NCBI GenBank assembly: GCA_033762915.1
Contig: JANRLD010000066.1
Span: 1 to 54,689 of the forward strand
DNA length: 54,689 nt
Direction of reading: 5' to 3'
Source: Meiothermus sp.
GTDB lineage: Bacteria; Deinococcota; Deinococci; Deinococcales; Thermaceae
Notes under the pieces: model-generated
The model's input: the letters and a program-made list of their open reading frames with translations, nothing else
Told to the model about the DNA's origin: nothing
Database searches by the model: none
Shown: positions 50,492 through 54,689 of the stretch, one piece after another
How positions within the stretch are numbered: position 1 is the stretch's first letter
Layout: every line of letters begins with the position of its first letter
Position numbers and translations under genes: made by a program

Positions 50492-52615
50492 ATGTCGGGT
50501 ATTCAACTGCCCGTCTGGTCTTTGGCAGAGCTTGTCGCGGTCAGCTTTTGCTGGGCTGTGTGGATGATCGGTCTCTCGCTTCGCCCCACCGACCCCCAAA
50601 CCCAGCAGCTGGTGCGCTCGTACCGCCTCGTGACCCTGGCGGTCAACCTAATTCTGACCTCGCTGTTCCTGGCCCATAGCTCCTGGGTGGACGCCAGCGC
50701 GGCGCTGTGGTGGTCGTACTTCTTCGCTACTACACTGCCCCCGGTCGCGATGCGGGTCTCGAGGCGGCTGGCGGGCGAGCCGGTCCTGTGGCCGGAGGTG
50801 CTGTACTGGGCGGTCTCGGCAGGCTGCGCGGCAGGGCTGCTGCTGGCCCCCGAGGTCTTCGTGACAGGGGAACGGCAGAACTCCCACGGCTTCCCTCAGC
50901 CCATCTCGGGCTGGGCCGGGCTGCTGCTGACGCTCAACCAGGTGGCGGGCGTCACCTGGTCGCTGGCCGGGCGCTTCCGGCGCAACGTCTACGGCCCGAT
51001 CTCCAACTTCCGGCCGCTGTTCGCCGCCTGGATGGTCTACATCGCCGGGGCCCTGCTCGAGCAGCTGTCCACCGCCAACTGGGTCACGCTGCCGCCCACC
51101 TTCTGGCTGGGGGCACTGGCGCTCAACCTCGAGTTCACCCGCATGATCTACCGCCACCAGGGCCGCCTGATGGCCGAGCTGGCCCAGGCCAACCGCAACC
51201 TCCAGCAACTGGCGGAAAACCTCGAGGGCCGGGTCAACGAGCGCACCCACGCGCTCCAGAAGATGGCCCACTTTGACGCCCTGACCGGCCTGCTCAACCG
51301 CAGCCACGCCGAGCAACAGCTGGGCTCGGCCCTGAAAACCGGCCATCCCCTGGCGGTCTTGATGGTGGACCTCGACCGCTTCAAGCAAATCAACGACACC
51401 GCGGGCCACCCGGTCGGCGACGCGGCCCTGCGCGAGGTGGCGCGACGCTTCCGCGAGGTGGTTCCGGCCTGGGCCGTGCTGGCCCGCATGGGCGGCGACG
51501 AGTTCATGGTGATGCTCCCCCAGGGAAGCAACCTGCTCGAGGAGGCCCAGACCCTGAGCAATCGCCTGGTCGCCAGCCTGGGCCAGCCGGTGGTGGTGGA
51601 CGACGGAAAGTTCTTCTTGGGGGCCAGCGTGGGCATCGCCCTCTTCCCCCAGCACGGCCACGACAGCGCCACCCTGCTGCGCCTGGCCGACATCGCCATG
51701 TACCACGCCAAGGGCGGGGGCAGCGGCTACCGGGTCTTTGACGCCCGCCTCGACGCCCAGACCACTCGGCGCATTGCCATCGAGCACGCCCTGCGCCAAG
51801 CCCTCGAGCGCGACCCCGGCCAGAGCTTCCACCTCGAGTACCAGCCGGTGGTGGAGATCAGCAGCGGGCGCATCGCCACCACCGAGGCCCTGCTGCGCTG
51901 GAACCGCCCCCCCGACCACCTGGGGCCGCTCGAGCCAGACCAGTTCATCGCGGTGGCCGAGGACAGCGGCCTAATCGTCAAGATAGACGACTGGGTGCTA
52001 TGGGAGGCCTGCCGCCAGCTGGTCGAGTGGCACCGCCAGGGCCACGCCCAGGCCTATATCAGCCTGAACATCTCGGTGCAGCAGTTCGAGCGGCCCGACT
52101 TCGTGCTCCTGGTCAAGCAGGCCCTCCAGGCCACCGGATGCCCGCCCGGGCGGCTGGCCCTGGAGATTCTCGAGACTGCCCTGATCGAGCACTTCGAGGA
52201 GGCCCGGCTCAAGATCGCCCAGCTCCGCGCCCTGGGGGTACGGCTCAGCCTCGACGACTTCGGCACCGGCTACTCCTCGCTGGCCTACCTGCACCGCCTG
52301 ACCTTCGACACCCTCAAGATAGACCGGTTCTTCGTGCAGAATCTGGGCCGCCCCCAGGGCTCCGACCCCCTGGTGAGCGCCACCCTCTTGATGGCCCGCA
52401 GCTTCCGCATGTACGGCGTGGCCGAGGGGGTGGAGACCGTGGCCCAGGCCGCCGAGCTCGAAGCGCTGGGCTGCCCCTACGCCCAGGGCTGGCTCTACTC
52501 CAAGGCCGTCCCCCCCGAGCAGATGGGCCAGCTATGGGGGCGCGGCCACCTCAGCCCGCACAACCAGCAGGTTCCCCTGCTCCCCTTCGATGGGGGCAGC
52601 GGGCCTCGAGGGTAG
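50492..52615 (+). CDS. Membrane-sensor diguanylate cyclase/phosphodiesterase (7TM-GGDEF-EAL)
   Basis: ~7 TM N-terminus, DALTGL, intact GGDEF, EALLRW, DDFGTGYSS and AEGVE motifs. Confidence 0.93.
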   Translation: MSGIQLPVWSLAELVAVSFCWAVWMIGLSLRPTDPQTQQLVRSYRLVTLAVNLILTSLFLAHSSWVDASAALWWSYFFATTLPPVAMRVSRRLAGEPVLWPEVLYWAVSAGCAAGLLLAPEVFVTGERQNSHGFPQPISGWAGLLLTLNQVAGVTWSLAGRFRRNVYGPISNFRPLFAAWMVYIAGALLEQLSTANWVTLPPTFWLGALALNLEFTRMIYRHQGRLMAELAQANRNLQQLAENLEGRVNERTHALQKMAHFDALTGLLNRSHAEQQLGSALKTGHPLAVLMVDLDRFKQINDTAGHPVGDAALREVARRFREVVPAWAVLARMGGDEFMVMLPQGSNLLEEAQTLSNRLVASLGQPVVVDDGKFFLGASVGIALFPQHGHDSATLLRLADIAMYHAKGGGSGYRVFDARLDAQTTRRIAIEHALRQALERDPGQSFHLEYQPVVEISSGRIATTEALLRWNRPPDHLGPLEPDQFIAVAEDSGLIVKIDDWVLWEACRQLVEWHRQGHAQAYISLNISVQQFERPDFVLLVKQALQATGCPPGRLALEILETALIEHFEEARLKIAQLRALGVRLSLDDFGTGYSSLAYLHRLTFDTLKIDRFFVQNLGRPQGSDPLVSATLLMARSFRMYGVAEGVETVAQAAELEALGCPYAQGWLYSKAVPPEQMGQLWGRGHLSPHNQQVPLLPFDGGSGPRG

Positions 52616-52656
52616 GCTCATCCCCGGCTCGAGCCGCCGACGCTTTGCCGCACGTT

Positions 52657-52751
52657 TATCGCGGTTCCCACCATTACCTCCCTCGCGGCGGCAGGTAATG
52701 TACTCCCTACAGCAAAAACCGCTGTAGGGAGTATTCGTGGGAACCGCTCTA
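52657..52751 (-). mobile_element. MITE/REP-like element, copy 4 (most intact, TA-flanked)
   Basis: TA-TCGCGGTTCCCAC...GTGGGAACCGCTC-TA with two internal hairpins. Confidence 0.87.
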
Positions 52752-52879
52752 GGCCGTGGTTGGCGTCTTTCGCGGCGCGGCACCCCGGTCTGCCCCGCTC
52801 TTTACTCGCGTTGTGCTTCACCCTACCTCACTCACAGCTAAATCAGGGTTAGCTCTGCATTCTGGAATACAATCTTGGC

Positions 52880-53947
52880 ATGTGGAACTATATCCTGCTG
52901 GCTTTTATCCCGGTCGCTATCGTGCTTGAAGTCATCCACGCCCCGGCGGTGTGGATTTTCCTGGTCTCGGCGCTGGCCCTGCTGCCGCTGGCGGGCTGGA
53001 TGGGCCGCGCCACCGAGGAACTGGCGACGCGGGCGGGCAGCACCGTGGGGGGACTGCTTAATGCCACCTTCGGCAACGCCGCCGAGCTGATCATTGCGAT
53101 TGTGGCCCTGCTGGCCGGCAAGATCGAGGTGGTCAAGGCCAGCATCACTGGCTCGATCCTCTCCAACCTGCTGCTGGTGCTGGGGCTGTCGATCTTTTTG
53201 GGCGGGCTGCGCTTCAACACCCAGAAGTTCAACGCCAACTCGGCCAACGTGCTGGCCTCGCTGCTCACCCTGACCCTGATCGCCATGTTGCTCCCGGCCT
53301 TCTTCGACATCGCCGAGCGCACCTACTTCAACGTAGAGAACCCCCTGATCCCCGACCAGCAGTTCAGCCTAGCCGCCGCCGGGGTGCTGATCCTAATCTA
53401 TCTGGCCAACATCTACTTCTCGCTGCGCACCCACAAGGACATGCTCAGCGGCCTCTCCGACGAAGAGCACCACGAGGCCACCTGGAGTGTCCCGGTGGCA
53501 GTCGGGGTTCTGCTGGCCGCCACGGTGGGGGTGGCAGTGATGGCGGAGTTTCTGGTGGGCAGCCTCGAGGAGGCCACGGCGGTGCTGGGCCTGTCGGAGT
53601 TCTTCGTGGGCATCATCCTGATCCCGCTGGTCGGCAACGCCGCCGAGCACTTCGCCGCCGTCACCTTCGCCATTAAGAACAAGATGGACCTGGCGGTGCA
53701 GATCGCCATCGGCAGCTCGCTCCAGATCGCGCTGCTGGTGGCCCCTATCCTGGTGATTGTGGGCTTCTTCGCCGGTCGCCCGATGAACCTGGTGTTCTCT
53801 AACCCGCTGGAGCTGGCCGCCCTGGCCGCCTCGATCCTGGCCACCAATGCGGTGGTGCGTGACGGCGAGACCAACTGGCTCGAGGGCAGCATGTTGCTGG
53901 GGGTCTACGTGCTGCTGGCCTTCGCGTTCTTCTTCACACCGCGCTAA
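52880..53947 (+). CDS. cax: Ca2+/H+ antiporter
   Basis: ATFGNAAE and GNAAEH alpha-repeats, GSILSNLL and GSSLQIAL motifs. Confidence 0.93.
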   Translation: MWNYILLAFIPVAIVLEVIHAPAVWIFLVSALALLPLAGWMGRATEELATRAGSTVGGLLNATFGNAAELIIAIVALLAGKIEVVKASITGSILSNLLLVLGLSIFLGGLRFNTQKFNANSANVLASLLTLTLIAMLLPAFFDIAERTYFNVENPLIPDQQFSLAAAGVLILIYLANIYFSLRTHKDMLSGLSDEEHHEATWSVPVAVGVLLAATVGVAVMAEFLVGSLEEATAVLGLSEFFVGIILIPLVGNAAEHFAAVTFAIKNKMDLAVQIAIGSSLQIALLVAPILVIVGFFAGRPMNLVFSNPLELAALAASILATNAVVRDGETNWLEGSMLLGVYVLLAFAFFFTPR

Positions 53948-54057
53948 GGCGGGCCGCCAACAGCGGGTTGGCGTTGGCGGCCCGCCTGTTGCCCGCGTCG
54001 CCTTTTGCTGAGGGGGGCGGCTGTACAATCATCTCCACAACACAGCCAGGAGACCCT

Positions 54058-54689
54058 ATGAACAGCACCATGATGGACTTCCCCCTCACCCTGCCGCACC
54101 TCCTCGAGCGGGCCGGCAAGCTCTTCCACAACGAGGAGATCGTCACCCGCCTGCCCGACAAGACGCTGCACCGCTACACCTTCGGCGACTTCTACCGCCG
54201 TGCGCGGCAGCTGGCCTCGGCGCTGCAAAGGGCGGGGGTGAGGAAGGGCGACAAGGTGGCGACCCTGAGCTGGAACACCTACGCCCACCTCGAGGCATAC
54301 TTCGGCATCCCCATCATGGGCGGGGTGCTGCACCCGCTCAACCTGCGGCTGCACCCTTCCGACATCGCCTACATCGCCCAACACGCCGGCGACAAAATCC
54401 TGATCATCGACGACGTGCTCTTGAAGCTTTACGAGGCCATAAAGGGTCATGTGAGCTTCGAGAAGGTGGTCGTGGTGCCGCTCACCGGGCAGCCGGTGCC
54501 AGAGGGGCTGACCAGCTACGAGGACTTCCTCAAGACGGGCGACTCCGAAAGCTTCGACTACCCCGAGCTCGACGAGCGCGACGGGCTGGGGATGTGCTAC
54601 ACCTCGGGCACCACCGGCAAACCCAAGGGGGTGGTCTACTCGCACCGCTCGATGGTGCTGCACTCACTGGGCTCGGCGCTGCCCGACGC
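54058..54689 (+). CDS. Long-chain fatty acid--CoA ligase (partial, runs off the window end)
   Basis: MNSTMMDFPLT..., LHPLNLRL, YTSGTTGKPKGV AMP-binding motif; AGGAG RBS. Confidence 0.93.
   Translation, partial: MNSTMMDFPLTLPHLLERAGKLFHNEEIVTRLPDKTLHRYTFGDFYRRARQLASALQRAGVRKGDKVATLSWNTYAHLEAYFGIPIMGGVLHPLNLRLHPSDIAYIAQHAGDKILIIDDVLLKLYEAIKGHVSFEKVVVVPLTGQPVPEGLTSYEDFLKTGDSESFDYPELDERDGLGMCYTSGTTGKPKGVVYSHRSMVLHSLGSALPD

Overview
Core-chromosome window from a GC-rich Deinococcus-Thermus bacterium, most likely of the Meiothermus group. This is inferred from the EF-Tu N-terminus, MurE lacking the DAP motif, many leaderless -10 promoters and extreme CTCGAG enrichment. In order it holds: the Thr-Tyr-Gly-Thr tRNA/tuf operon; a GNAT; a beta-CASP RNase; an iron ABC permease/ATPase plus a YkgJ-type protein; a BatA/VWA protein; an atypical speD-like gene with speE; bamA; gatB-purM-histidine phosphatase; a ~19 kb surface polysaccharide locus (rml, manC, gmd, wzx, wzy, glycosyltransferases, priming transferase, ligase-like gene, wzz) with a ~11.5 kb low-GC core; argS; htrA; two deoxynucleoside kinases; an Ig-repeat lipoprotein; murE; several enzymes; a GGDEF-EAL protein; cax; and a partial acyl-CoA ligase. 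No CRISPR array, integrase, transposase or rRNA was seen. The most notable observations are: an apparently catalytically dead SpeD paralogue beside speE; a ~95 bp TA-flanked MITE-like family at four loci, one apparently nested; HIP-like CTCGAG iteration; heptamer-periodic intergenic hairpins; an orphan tandem ribbon-helix-helix-like gene with its own promoter; a degenerate stand-alone Mrr-like domain; and a Cys-nucleophile alpha/beta hydrolase. All calls are from motif recognition by eye, with no database searches.
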